Shown: positions 1-12,894, numbered from the stretch's first letter. The stretch: 39,972 nt of DNA from Octopus bimaculoides (GCF_001194135.2 NC_068995.1:57316528-57356499); one strand, 5' to 3'. Notes: generated by a model not told the origin, from the letters alone. Numbers and translations: made by a program.

Positions 1-48
<48 letters not shown>

Positions 49-150
49 GGGATAAAGTGGAGAGAAGGAAAGTAAGAAAGCAAAAGGAAGGACATCAGAG
101 AGACAGAGAAAGCATAAGTGAGTGAGTGAGAGAGAGAGAGAGAGCGAGAG
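1..150. repeat. (AG)n and purine-rich tract
   Basis: Read directly: (AG)n at 1-43 and about 128-148. Confidence 0.9.
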
Positions 151-693
151 AGTTCTGCTGGTTAGCGTCTATAGATAGCAGGCAGTGTATTTTTATCTGT
201 CTCACAAGAGGCTCCATAGAACTAATGGTAAAGCATGCTGAAACTGCAGCAGCAGCAGCAGCAGCGGGAGATGCGGCACTAGTTGTGAAATGCAACCAAG
301 GTGGTTGTAAGAGAGTGCTAGTGGTTATGGTCTCTCTGGTGTTGGGGATGTAGTACTACTACTACTACTACTCCTAGTAACAGCAGCAGGCTTTCACTCG
401 GCTTCGCTAGAGTATAGAAACACTTTTTCCTGGCCTTTTTCTTCGACATAGAAATTCTCATTAATTTTCGGTTTGATATTACATATTACAGTGACTAAGT
501 TCTTTTTTTTTTTATTGTAATCTCTTACTAAAGGGCTTCTTCTCTATTTCCTTAATATTCTTTTTCCTTAATACCCTACATCTATACACTTGTGTGTTGG
601 TTAGTTTATTTCTACTTTCACTTTCAAAATTCTTTCACTTCTCACTTTTCTATTCTTTTACATTCTTTTGCTCTTTTCTTTTTCTCTTTGCTC

Positions 694-694
<1 letters not shown>

Positions 695-748
<54 letters not shown>
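695..748. repeat. (CAT)n microsatellite
   Basis: Read directly. Confidence 0.95.
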
Positions 749-1409
749 GTTCTTCTGTTGTTACAGTCTTTTGTCTCTAGTTTCCAAAACATTTTGCTGT
801 GCTTCTTTTTTAAAGTCAACCAAACAACCCCCATCCACCCCCACCCATCCACCCATTCTCTAATCATGACCCTTGATACTTCAGAAAGATTCCACTCACC
901 CTACCATTCTCTTCTTTTGCTGTTTTTTATTTTATTTTATTTTTTTTGCTTGTTTCTGCACCACACCACACCAACAACAATAACAACATCACAATCCTCA
1001 TCGCACCTTCATTCTATATTATTACTTTAGAGCTCTCCTCTATCTAAGAGATAGGAAAAATAGGTCAAAAAGTCCAGTTCTTGTCACTTTCAGTTCACCA
1101 TAATGAATTCAACAGCCTCCTTGCTATTAACTGTCTGTAATGGTTGTGTAGAACATGTCACTCTCACATCCACCATCATCTTCAAGCTAGCATCTAGCAT
1201 ACATTAGAATTTCTTAACAGGAGAATTTCACCCAGCCAAGCAGAAACCTTTCCACTACACTGCATGATTCAATAGTTCCAATTTTTTCCACTACATATTT
1301 TCTCCTTTTTCCACTCTTGCATTCTTGAGGCTCCCTCTCTTTCTCACTCTCTGCCTATCCATCTCTCTGTCTCTTTTTTTCTTCTTCTTTTTCTCTCACA
1401 TTCCAGCGA

Positions 1410-1457
<48 letters not shown>

Positions 1458-1570
1458 GTTAACTGAAACAGGTTTTGAGTTTATCAGAAATTATACCTTA
1501 ACTTTGTTATGTGCCCCATTTCTACTCCAAGTTTGAGAATTTTTCTTACAAACACCATCATCACTTTCAA

Positions 1571-1608
<38 letters not shown>

Positions 1609-1875
1609 ATGATGATGATACAATGTTTGTTTAATTTACTTTCACTTTTACTTTCTCTTCTGTTTTTGTTGTTGTTGTTTTTTTTTGGTTTTGCTTTGCT
1701 CTGTTTTCTTTCCTTTATCTTTCAACATTCTAACAACGTGCATTTTGACTTTTTATGTTTAATCCAATCACTTTATTTCACCAGATGTATAAAGAAGTCA
1801 AAGAAAGGGAAAGCACACTGCATCTCTTTCATACTCACCCCCACCCCTTTTCCTCTCCCTCTTTTCTTCTCATTT

Positions 1876-1910
<35 letters not shown>

Positions 1911-2169
1911 GTGTTTGTAACTAAAACTCAGTTGTAGCTTACATTTAAATATATAATTTCTCCCAAACCCTGCAGCAAAGTGGAATGTCTGTTGCTTCTG
2001 TCTTCATCATCTCCCCCTTCCGTCCCCCCCCCATTTGCCTGCCTCCTTTCGTTTAGGATACCAGATGCCTTGATCTATTCTCTTGCAAAGTTCTTAGTTC
2101 TCCAGTTGTGAAATAATCTCCGCTATAATAAACTCACTCTTTAAATTCCTCCAATTGCCTTTTGTTTTA

Positions 2170-2384
2170 CATACATACACACACACACATACACACACAC
2201 ACACATACATACACACACACACATACACACACACACACATACACACATGCATATCTGTGTGTGTGTGTGTGTGTGTGTGCATCTCTTGTATGTCTAAAAA
2301 CAACATCGTAAAAATACAACTGTCTTTAGGCAAATGCTTTCAGTTACTCTTGATTTATTAGTAAGAAAATTATATATATGGAGT

Positions 2385-2429
<45 letters not shown>

Positions 2430-2555
2430 ACATATATATTTGCATGTGTCTATGTAGGTATGTATTATATACATGTGTGCATAAATGTGTGTGTGTATAT
2501 ATATATATGTATGTGTGTATATGAGAGGGGGAGAGAGAGAGAGAGAGCGAGAGAA
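2170..2555. repeat. Compound (CA)n/(TG)n/(AG)n microsatellite field
   Basis: Read directly. Confidence 0.9.
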
Positions 2556-3752
2556 AGAAAGAGAGTATCACGTCATTTAGAGAAACCTCCCAAAATAGAA
2601 GCCAGTTAGTCCAAATGTATTGATACTCTTTCTCTCTCTCTCCTATAATCATAACTTTTTTTTTTTAATACCGAGATCTAAAAGTATCTTCTTCCTGCAC
2701 CTCATTGTTGTCATATTTTATTCATTACCACCACCACCACCACCACCACCACCACCACCACCTTCTTGCAATGGAATCAGTGTAGACAGCAGCAGCAACA
2801 GCATGTCCAACAACTGTCTGGTGCTTCATTGTGTTGTCAAGGTCAACATTATCGGGTTTTCCTTCCTTCCGAGCTGCTGATACCAGTAATATACATATAA
2901 TTTGTTTAACGATAATGTTTCCCATCTGAATGAAAATACCAAAAACAAGCTAAGGTTACTCTAAGTTGATAAGGGATTCTCAATGCAGTCACTTGACATG
3001 CTAGAAATAGCAGCTAGCTTTCTTTCCAACCACATTCCTCATTTCAAAGTTGGACAGTGGGGCAAGACAAAATAACGACAATGGAACATCTTTTTTATTA
3101 TGTTTACTTGGATTTCTGATCAGCTGTTATTTACCAAAATCCCATTACATATTTCAGGCTGGTGTTTATTTTATTAATCTCTAGCTGTTGGACTGCTATA
3201 TCATGAAACTTAATGGTAGACACAACAAACAGCAACACTGTTTTTATTTTATTTTACTCTGCAGCAAACATAACCAAAGGACAAACACAAACACATACAT
3301 ACCCCAAGCACAATTTCTGTTTTCTAATTTGAGTTCCCAAGGTAATGTTCAGCCCAAGGCCATAGGGGAGAAAATACTTGCTTAAGATACTACACAATAG
3401 TATTTAACTTGGAGCTATATGTTTGCAAAACAGACTTCAGAACCACACAACCCATGCCGACATGTAAGTCTTCACCATCAAGGACAACCTGAGGCCAAAC
3501 AACAACAACAACAACAGTAACCAGAATAGAAACTTTGCTATATTTATTCTATCCACCTGTCACTGATGCCAGCCATACATAAAAACATGCCAACTACCAT
3601 TTCAAAGAAAGAGCCTGACAGATAAGGCATTGGACTGTTCTGTCGTGAAGCGTTTCATCCAAATCTACTCTTGACAGTTTGCTGTGTTTCTGAGCCGACA
3701 GAACACCATATTCGACATTGCTTGTGCCCACCTGTCTCTAGAAGAAATAGCA

Positions 3753-4108
3753 GATCACCTGGGGAAATATTGCTTTCTAAAGATTAATTGAACATGTAGG
3801 AGAGATTCCAGATCACTAAGGGGAAAATGTTGCCTGCTGTAGATTGATGTATTGTGTTGGAGAAATTCTCGATCACCTGTGGGAAATGTTGCCTGCGATA
3901 GACTGCTGTACTGTTTACAAAGGATTCTCGATCACCTGTGAGAAATGTTGCCTGCAATATAGGTTGATGTACTGTGTTAGAGAGATTGTAGGTCGACTGG
4001 GGGAGATGCTGCTTGTTAGAGATTAGTGTACCATTTAGGATAGATTGTAGGTCATCTGTGGAGATTGTTGCCTTCTATGAACTGGCATATTATTTAAGAG
4101 AGAACACC
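3753..4108 (+). repeat. Diverged ~60-bp tandem repeat, six units
   Basis: Units start at 3753, 3811, 3871, 3930, 3991 and 4050 (periods 58, 60, 59, 61, 59). Approximate consensus: GATCACCTGTGGGAAATGTTGCCTGC-n-TAGATTGATGTACTGTGTTAGAGAGATTCTC. Confidence 0.85.
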
Positions 4109-4248
4109 TGGCTGTTAAAAGCCATTCAGGTCTTTGGAAACATCTTTTGTATTTACATGCTGTGTCATAGACATGAATATATACACACCAACACACCAAA
4201 CATTAGCATTAAGAATAGTGATGAATTGAAAACCCATCAACCATACCT

Positions 4249-4286
<38 letters not shown>

Positions 4287-4454
4287 TTCATTATGGTGGC
4301 AGATGTAAGTAGCATAGAATCTTGTCTAACACATTGAATTACACAGAGGACAGATGTTAAATGAAAATATCTGAGCCATTTTCCTGTATAATGATTATAT
4401 ACTTGTATACATTCATAACAGGCTTACACGACACACAAGTAAATAGTCCTTCAT

Positions 4455-4650
4455 TGTTTTACTTGTTGGATTGTGGCCATGCTGGGGCACTGCCTTCAAT
4501 GGTTTATTTAGCTAACCACATCATATCTGGTAATTGTTTCAGTTCTGTGGGGAGCAGCTTCAATCATTCTCCTTTTGTTGAGCTGCTAAGTTACACAGCA
4601 TAAAGTATCACAACGTATATGTAGATTGGTGTAAACATAAACACAAGCAA
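4455..4650 (-). mobile_element. SINE family B (octopus OR-type, CORE-like), 3' half
   Basis: TTTTACTTG...TTGTGGCCATGCTGGGGCACTGCCTT...TTTTGTTGAGCTGCTAAGTTAC...GTAAACA matches the family B tail also seen at 26950-27110 and 39125-39290. Confidence 0.65.
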
Positions 4651-4711
4651 TGGCCATCCCTCAGCACAAACCTGCTTATTTTGTTTTACAACGCAAATTT
4701 TAAAGCATAAA

Positions 4712-4806
4712 ATTGAATTTAGTCGAAAAGCTTGCTTCCCATCCATGTGGTCTTGGGTTCAGTCCCAATGCACAGCACCTTGGGCAAGTGTCTTCTATTA
4801 TAGGCA
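4712..4806 (+). mobile_element. SINE family B, tRNA-like head plus CORE-like segment
   Basis: AAGCTTGCTTCCCATCCATGTGGTCTTGGGTTCAGTCCCA...CACCTTGGGCAAGTGTCTTCTATTATAG: a B-box GGTTCAGTCCC followed by the CORE-like CCTTGGGCAAGT. Confidence 0.75.
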
Positions 4807-5048
4807 TTGAGAAATAAATAGGCATATGAACATAAGCATATGAACAAAGGATAGTTTTCTAAAGAATAAAAAGAAATACCCCCCCCCCACCGAAAAAAAA
4901 GAGAAGAAAAAGCCTCAGAGTGAACAGTTATAAACTTGGTCACAGTTAAAGTGATGAGATGTGATGATGGTTGTTGGATTACGATCAGACAAGCTTCCCC
5001 CCACTCTTCGTCCTAAATAACTTCCATTGTGCAACGATAACTGTCTCG

Positions 5049-5051
<3 letters not shown>

Positions 5052-5122
<71 letters not shown>
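5052..5122. repeat. (TA)n microsatellite
   Basis: Read directly. Confidence 0.95.
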
Positions 5123-5123
<1 letters not shown>

Positions 5124-5604
5124 TTGACAGCTAAATCTGCAATCTACAGCAACTGTTTAATGTGTCAGCTGCCTGTTAATGGATTAGTCTGTAGGATTTG
5201 TTCATGTGACCTTGTTCCTCTTCAAGCCAACAGTTGGTTGCTTTTCACCTTTGGCTTTAGACTAATTTGTAATTCTACAGATGAAATGATGTTTGAATGT
5301 TCTTGGTTTTTTTTTCTGTTTTCTTTGTGTCTGTTTTCTTGTTTTGTGGATCTGTTGCTCAGTTTATATTTCTCTCAATTATTCGTAGTTGTTGTGAGAA
5401 ATAAGTTGATTTCCAGATCTGTTCCAATTGATATACATGGGTGGATATCTTCTTTTTTTCTTTTTTTTTTAAATTTAATTTTATTTTGTAATTGTAGAGG
5501 AAAGACAGGTAATAACTGTCACCTTTGAAGTCCTTTCCAAATTGGTGACATCAATGGTTAATGTTCACTTTTAACCTCTGTTGGTCAATCTTTCTATTTT
5601 TTTT

Positions 5605-5692
5605 TCTCCTGGACTGCAGACATGTTGAAGGATTTTGTTGATTAAATTGACCCCAATACTTATTTGAAGTTTAGTATTAATTCTGTCAGGTA
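5605..5692 (-). mobile_element. SINE family B, old tail fragment
   Basis: GGACTGCAGACATGTTGAAGGATTTTGTTGATTAAATTGACCCCAATACTTATTTGAAG resembles the family B tail. Confidence 0.45.
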
Positions 5693-6571
5693 AATGTATT
5701 GAAGGGTCTGTAATAAATGGTTAGTTCCTTAAAACAAAAGGTGAGAGTTGGTATAGTTGTTATAGAAGGGGCAGTGAGAAGGAATTTATGTATTTGTAAC
5801 ATAAGGATGACACAAAAATTTGATATAGTTTTTTTTTTTGTTTACCTATCCCAGCATGCTACTTGTGTTTATACAGTCAATCATCAGAGGAGAGAATGAT
5901 TAATCAATTAATTAAATCAGGATTTGAACTGTTGACAAGAAAGCTGTTATTGTGGCATGAGTTTGTTAATGACCCTATCCAGTGTGACTCATTTCCCTCT
6001 GAAGCACAAATCACAAGGCCAGCTCTTTCTGCCTTCTTGTATATTCTAAAGAAATCTGAAATAGTAATAGAAGTGTCCTATCATCATCAGCATCAGCAGC
6101 ATCAGCAGCATCAGCAGCTGTCTGTTTTTTCATTCATATATTTTGTAATGTAAATTTGTTTAACCATTTCAATACCAACCCACCTGAGAACGTCCATTTT
6201 AATGATATTAAAAAAAAAAAACAGTGATGTTCATATTCAAATCGAAAATGTTGCTGTTACATCAATGTTAACATGGAATTTCATTACAGGAACATTTGTT
6301 CTTCATTAAACCATCTTCCAAAATCTCATCTTTCTTCTTCTTCTTCTTGTTTATTTCTGTTATGCGCTTTACTGCACATGGTTCTGTCCTTTGAGGGTTC
6401 CAGTATCAGATTTTCTGTGAGATGACGTTGCTAAGCCCTACACTCAAATCCCTTTGCCATTTCTGGAGAATAAGAGAGAGGGGGGGGGGGAGAAAATTGT
6501 GTGTATTCTCCCACCACTCCACTCTTCTCATGGTACAATTTACTAATTCTGAGACAGAGAGAAAGAAAGAC

Positions 6572-6700
6572 ACTGAGTAATCAATGCCAGCACTTGATTG
6601 GTTCTTTATTGACCCTGAAAAGATGAAAGGCAACATTGACTTTAACAGGATATGAACTCAGAGAGCAGAGAGCCAGAACTGATGATGTCACAAGACTTTT
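6572..6700 (-). mobile_element. SINE family A, old fragment
   Basis: TTTATTGACCCTGAAAAGATGAAAGGCAACATTGAC...TGAACTCAG matches the family A core. Confidence 0.65.
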
Positions 6701-6942
6701 CTGTCCAACAGTCTAATAACTCTGTCATCTCACTCTCTTCTATTCCAAAATACCATTCCATTAAAAGAGACATTCATCTCAGTCAACCTATACATTCTTG
6801 ATTATTTTCAGAGATTAATTGAAATATACAAAGTAAATATATTCTCGTATAAAGGATAGCTTCTATGCTGTGAATATAGGAATATATATATACTTCTTAG
6901 AATTATGATTTCAGGGGTAGTAGATTCACATATGTATATATT

Positions 6943-6989
<47 letters not shown>

Positions 6990-7208
6990 NNNNNNNNNNN
7001 NNNNNNNNNNNNNNNNNNNNNNNNNNNNNNNNNNNNNNNNNNNNNNNNNNNNNNNNNNNNNNNNNNNNNNNNNNNNNNNNNNNNNNNNNNNNNNNNNNNN
7101 NNNNNNNNNNNNNNNNNNNNNNNNNNNNNNNNNNNNNNNNNNNNNNNNNNNNNNNNNNNNNNNNNNNNNNNNNNNNNNNNNNNNNNNNNNNNNNNNNNNN
7201 NNNNNNNN
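6990..7208. other. Assembly gap (N-run) inside (TA)n
   Basis: N-run. Other gaps: 9094-9182, about 13270-14006, 19390-19759, 20467-20484, 24121-24130, 28803-28812, 37362-37947. Confidence 0.98.
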
Positions 7209-7731
7209 TATATATATATATATATATGTATGTATATGTGCATATGAACCCTGTGTGTAAAAGAGTTAAAGTTTGCATTCTTCTTCTATTAAATTTCTAT
7301 AATAACCAAAATTATAAACGCATCTTAAGGCAGAGAAAGAGTTGAAACGAACAATTCCATTGTAAAAGGAAATTCTACCAACTATGGAAAAAGAAAAAAA
7401 AAAAGAAAAAGAAATTATTCATTAAGAAAAAAAAGCACAAACAAAACTAATAACAAGCTGCCTCACTTTAATCTCATTCCGTTGCTCATTCTTAATATTG
7501 ATGTAACATATCCAATGGATTAGAAAAGTATCCTGAGGGGGACCATGAGATTTTGAAAAGGTTATGGAGTTTTGTTTCGCTTTTGTAAGAAGGAATTTAG
7601 TTTTTGGTTTTTTTTTTTTTTAGAGAAGGATGTTACTTCTTTGTTTTTACTCCCCCCCCATCATACCCAATGTAATAACCTCTCTTGAGCACATTTATTA
7701 TCATCATCATCATTGTTGTTGTTGTTGTTGC

Positions 7732-7791
<60 letters not shown>

Positions 7792-8594
7792 TTTAATTTT
7801 TTAAAATTAAATATTATTCCCTGAATAGGGCACATTTTCTTCTCATTCTGTTTAATATGTGGCACCTTCTTAAAGGTCAGATATGGATGGTCTTTTAAGG
7901 ATTTCCTCATGGAAAGAATAACTGAAATCTCATGCTTACCAATTTACCTATTTTTTTTTCTTCTTCTTTAAACTGATTATTGGTTAGAGAACAAGAACTA
8001 AAAACAAGACTAACAGACATTTCAAATTACTACAGAGATGCAAAAACAAAAAGTAATTTTCTTTTTTGTTTTTTGGTTAAAACAAAAAGAAATATTGTTA
8101 ATAATTAAGTTGAATCCAGCCCCTTTTCTTTTTTGTTTTGTTTGTTTCAAACTTCTATAAATGAGGTGACAAATATTAGTCACTTTTAGTATTTTATGTA
8201 AATTATGTGGTAACAGATTGGTTGTGAATTGTAACCTGGATACGCAATGTATGTTTGGTGGGTTTTTTTTTACTTGTAGAAAGAGAAAGAAAAAGAAAAA
8301 AACGACAAAAAAGCAAAAAAAATACATCAAACCAAACAGTTGATTAGTTTGGCATGCGTCATAGACCATGTGTTATTAACTAACATATATAGCTTTTCAA
8401 TTAACGAGTGGGAGGAAAAAGAAAAACAAAAGAAAAAGAAACAACAACAATAATAATAAAGAAATTTCACCTCTTGAAATACTTATCGATTTTTTTTTGT
8501 TTAACTATTTCAATTTATTCTTTCAGTATAATTTCCTTTTACATTCATTTTGTTAACTAGAAATTAACTTGAACGAGCACATGCATGGTTAGGT

Positions 8595-8990
8595 ACAGAC
8601 TTGACTGAGTGGTTATGAAGTTTACTTCTCAGCCAAGTGATTCTGGGTTCAGCCTGACTATATGACATCTTGTACACGGTTTCTTTGTGGCTTCGAGCTG
8701 ACGGGGGCCTTGTGAGTGGATTTTGTTGATGGAAACTAAAAGAAGCCCTGTTTGTGTGTATGTGTGGCTGTTTATGTCTTGCTTGCATTTATGGAAGTTT
8801 AAATCTATGAGCGAAGCAGTTCAGATCACCACTCCTTCCAACACCTTCACAGCCATGTAGACCAAGATGGGTCTTACTTGAAATATGGGTAAAGGTTAGC
8901 AATAAGAAGGATATCGAGCTGTAAAACAAGGCTTCTATGACATACTCATCTAACCCATGCCAGTGTGGAAAAATCAGACATAAAAGTAAA
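8595..8990 (+). mobile_element. Composite SINE: family B head plus LINE-3'UTR-like tail
   Basis: A-box-like TGACTGAGTGG, GGGTTCAG, and GCCTTGTGAGTGGATTTTGTTGATGGAAACTAAAAGAAGCCC, then GGTAAAGGTTAGCAATAAGAAGGATATCGAGCTGTAAAAC...AACCCATGCCAGTGTGGAAAA. This tail is shared with 15455-15660. Confidence 0.7.
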
Positions 8991-10210
8991 TCCCGTGGAT
9001 CAGTGTCTTTTATTAGTTTCTAAAGGAATAAGCTTTGTTATAAATAATTTTATAATGACCAGGAATCTCTTCCTTTTCCAACCCTGACTCAAGNNNNNNN
9101 NNNNNNNNNNNNNNNNNNNNNNNNNNNNNNNNNNNNNNNNNNNNNNNNNNNNNNNNNNNNNNNNNNNNNNNNNNNNNNNNNNGCAAAAGCCAGCAAATAC
9201 AAGGCGTAATTAAATGTAGAAGTCTTTTGTCAGTGACTTTATCCTTATTGTTCTGGGTGTTGTCTGTGCAGGAGACCCCTTCACCAAGCATCACTCAAAC
9301 TAAAACCCCTTGGGACCCTCCCCACTCCTCCTTACCTACAGTTCCCTTACAACTATCAGCCAGCAAGGGTCTTAGGCTGACTGTAAATCATGTTTGTAAC
9401 ACCATTTGGGGAGGACCTAAAATATGTAGACACTACCTCCTTAGATAAACAAACACACACACACACAAAAATTATTAACGTGTGTGTGTGTGTGTGAGGA
9501 ATTTCTAGCTTCTGAATCGCTCTCTTTCTCATACCCATTATGGCTGAATTATGTTACAACCATTTTAATGTTGTTGGTTGACATTAAAGTAAAGCAGTTA
9601 TTTATTTTTGTATGTCATCACTTTTGATGAAAATGAAATTTTCTCTATTAACAACACCCCACCCCCTCACTACTACTACTACTACCATCATCGCTCAATA
9701 GTAATTAACTCTATAAAATAATTCCTGACCCCAGAACATTGTTATTTATTATTTTTCTAATCACTGGGCTATTTTATTCAGGAAGTTAGCTTTTACCTCC
9801 TCGTGAAAATAGATTGCCAATAAGTTATATTCCATCCTGAATGGTTCAAAAATTAATCACGAATCTGAACAAAATGCTTGCATGATTTGTGTGTAAGAAT
9901 TATTCAAGTTTAACTAGCAGGGAAATTACATTCAACCATGACAATTTATCATTCATCCTATATCATAACTTCAACTCTCACTTAACTCACAGTATCGCAT
10001 TGTCTTTTTACTTATACGTTTTATTTATATTTGGCAAATGGTTTCCGGGTTTCATCTGAAAGGAGCTGCTAGAATACGTGGTAGACATTCGCATATAAGA
10101 ACAAAAAACAACCATAAGATGTTAGCTCTGTCTTTATTTGACAAAATCCCTTAACTCTTTCCTTGCTATATTTCTGTTGACATTCCCTGCGTTTGTTTTT
10201 GTTAATTCTG

Positions 10211-10384
10211 TTCTACTCTAGGCACAAGGCCTGAAATTTTCACGGAGGGGGCCAGTCGATTAGATCGATCCCAGTATGCAACTGGTACTTAATTTATTGA
10301 CCCCAAAAGGTTGAAAGGCAAAGTTGACCTTGGCGGAATTTGAACTCAGAGCGTAAAGACAGACAAAATATCACTAAGCATTAG
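10211..10384 (-). mobile_element. tRNA-derived SINE, family A (well-preserved copy, 5' end truncated or decayed)
   Basis: The minus strand shows a B-box GAGTTCAAATTCC, a central GTCAACTTTGCCTTTCAACCTTTTGGGGTCAATAAATTAAGTACCAGTTGCATACTGGG segment, and a 3' end AAATTTCAGGCCTTGTGCCTAGAGTAGAA. Closely similar to 11551-11695 and other copies in the window. Confidence 0.85.
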
Positions 10385-11550
10385 TTAATTGCTAAAGCAA
10401 TAAAGAATTTAGTAAAGTAACTTTCTCAGTATTAAGCTGGTGTCTGCAACAAATTGAGGTAAAGTTTTGCTCAACATAAAGGTTATAATTGAGATCACTT
10501 AAAACGTTTGTGTTATAGAACGAGAGGTGGTTTCAGGTGGGGTCACAGTCAAAAGGGTTAAATGGCACATGAAATGTGGTAAGCTGCTTAAAGGATTACT
10601 GTAATAATATCTACAGTCAGGGTGTTGTCTGGATCACCTTCAAGAACTGGTTTTCTTTAGTTGTTTCTTATTTTGTCCCTAACCTCCAGATAGTTGTATA
10701 TCCTCAGTGTCCGCTTCATTATCAAATAAGGACTCCCTTATTTTTCTCCTCACAAAACCTCATCAAGTGAAAAGAGAGGATGAGGAGAGCTAAGAATTGG
10801 GAGACGAACTTGCAAACCTCATTCTCTCTCTTTCTTTCTCCCCACAAGTTCAACTTGTGGCTTTAAATATTAATGAAGGACAAGATTGTTGTCTTTGATA
10901 CCAACTAAGTCTTTGACAGACTTTATCACAATAACTTAATCGCTAAACTCCCCAGACTGGCAGTTATTCATCAATCAATTCCCTGGTGGTTCAATGTAAT
11001 CCCCCCCCCACCTCTTCCGTGCTTACTCTTCAAACTACATTCCATTAGCTCATCACTCAAAGCTCCATTATCTTTATTTATTTATTTTGTTAACTTCATT
11101 AATGATTTTTCTCCATATTATTTCCGGTCCTGATAACTCATTTGCTTCTTACCAATCTACTAAGTCCATATTCTTTCCACCATAAACGATATCTGTGTGT
11201 GTGTGTGTGTGTGCAGGGTATGCTGCATCACTCTTCAATCACCAAGGCTCTAACTTGCATCTGGAAGCCTCTCTATCTGATTGGCAACTGCCCAATCCTT
11301 CTTTTACTCCGAGATGAACTGTGTGCAAATGGCTCTTCCATTTATGTGCTTCTCCATTGTTGTTGTTGTTGTTGTTGCAGCCATTACTGCTGTTTTTACA
11401 GTCACTTCACATCTCCTCGTTGCAATGCTGCAGCCATTTCACTGCACCCATCAATCTTTGCTCTCTACCACCACCACCCACCCCCACCACCACCACCACT
11501 ACCACCACCACTTTTGTTTGACTTATGCAAACATGGAAAAGTAGATATTC

Positions 11551-11695
11551 TTTTCTACTCTAGGCACAAGGCTTGAAATTTTGGAGGAAGGGATCAGTCG
11601 ATTAGATCAACCCCAGTATGCAACTGGTACTTAATTTATCGACCCTGAAAGGATGAAAGGCAAAGTCAACCTCGGTGGAATTTGAACTCAGGACG
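11551..11695 (-). mobile_element. tRNA-derived SINE, family A
   Basis: Aligns by eye almost collinearly with 10211-10350 (TTCTACTCTAGGCACAAGG...GATTAGATC..CCCAGTATGCAACTGGTACTTAATTTAT.GACCC.GAAAGG.TGAAAGGCAAAGT..ACCT.GG.GGAATTTGAACTCAG). Confidence 0.85.
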
Positions 11696-12894
11696 TGTGG
11701 GAAAATGGATATTAAAATGATGATGATGATGATGATGACTAAATTCTCTCTCTGAGTGTTTAATGTCTTCTTCTTTGAATTCGGTCGGCAAGGTTTCAAG
11801 GTAAAATAACTTTTGGAACTACTGGGACGTAGCTTGTGCTCCAACCAAACTGACTGGCATTCGACACATGAACATAAAAATAATCTGGGTCTTCAGTGTC
11901 ATGTTTTATGACTTGATGTGGAGGACTCAAAGACACCGTTTTAAACAGACATAGAACTCTGGAGGGTAAAAACAGGATTTTCCATGAGCATTTTAAATAA
12001 AGCACTTCATGTGCAATAATGGTGTGTATGTTTACGCATGTGTATGCAGGTATGTATGTGTGCATAGGCATGTCTGCGAGTTTAAGTGAAGGGTGGAGTA
12101 CAAGTCTATCAGTATGCACATTTAAGATCCTTGAATTAAATATCTGAAGAATTTTTGTTAAATTGCCAAGCCCTTGTGGATTTTGTGTGACGAAAAAGTC
12201 AAAGTACTTTTTCAAAGCCTCCTCCCTTATATAGCGCAATAAAAGTCTTTTGTCTTCCATGTTTTCTGCTCTTCTTTGTTATTATGTATATATATATTTT
12301 TAGTTTTTTTTTTTAAATAGAATTGTTGAATAACTAATCTTGCTAAAAAAAAAAAAATTGTTTTTTTTTTTTGGTTTTTGCTAGTTGTTTCAGGCATTTT
12401 TGTTGTTGCTATTTTTTGTTTAGATCAATGCATATCCAAATACATTCTATTCCACAATTTTATAGCACTCTTCTGCTTCTCTCATTATTATTGTTGTTAC
12501 TGTTGTATTGTAATATGTGCCGTTGGATGTCTTTAGAAATATTCATCATTTCAAGCTTCTTTTTGGTTTATAAAATAAAATGAAAAGGGGGTTTCATCCC
12601 AGTTCATGTGTATGGTTGTTGTTTTTTTTAATACCCCCGCCTTCCCCACCACCTTTATTTCTTTTGTTAATTTTGAAATATATTATTAATGCTTTGATAC
12701 GATCCATTAGCCATAACTGTTGGCAGGCAGGCAGGCACTCTCATCATCATCATCACAATCACAATCATTGTCACTACTATTGTTAATATTATTGTTATCA
12801 TTATCACCATCTTTGTTATCATCATCATCATCATCATTGTCATCACCATTGTCAGCATTATCATTACTGTCTCCAATCATCATTGCCATACAAA

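Noticed and set aside
259-275. 12-nt match (ACTAGTGCCGCA, minus strand) to recalled miR-252
   Set aside because: The seed region does not match and there is no precursor hairpin.
226-353. MVKHAETAAAAAAAGD... possible first coding exon after (AG)n
   Set aside because: Short, built around a (GCA)n repeat, with weak donors and no recognisable homology; cannot be supported.
592-1030. Poly-H/poly-S/poly-I/poly-D ORFs
   Set aside because: All are frames of the (CAT)n microsatellite in T-rich flanks.
3753-4108. CRISPR-like repeat-spacer appearance
   Set aside because: The would-be spacers are homologous to each other, the repeats are diverged, there are no cas genes, and the context is eukaryotic.
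4971-5528. 185-aa ORF
   Set aside because: Held open by (TA)n and T-rich low-complexity sequence; no recognisable domain.
9340-9420. Minus-strand segment with good acceptor and AG|GTAAGG donor
   Set aside because: Stop codons in all three frames.
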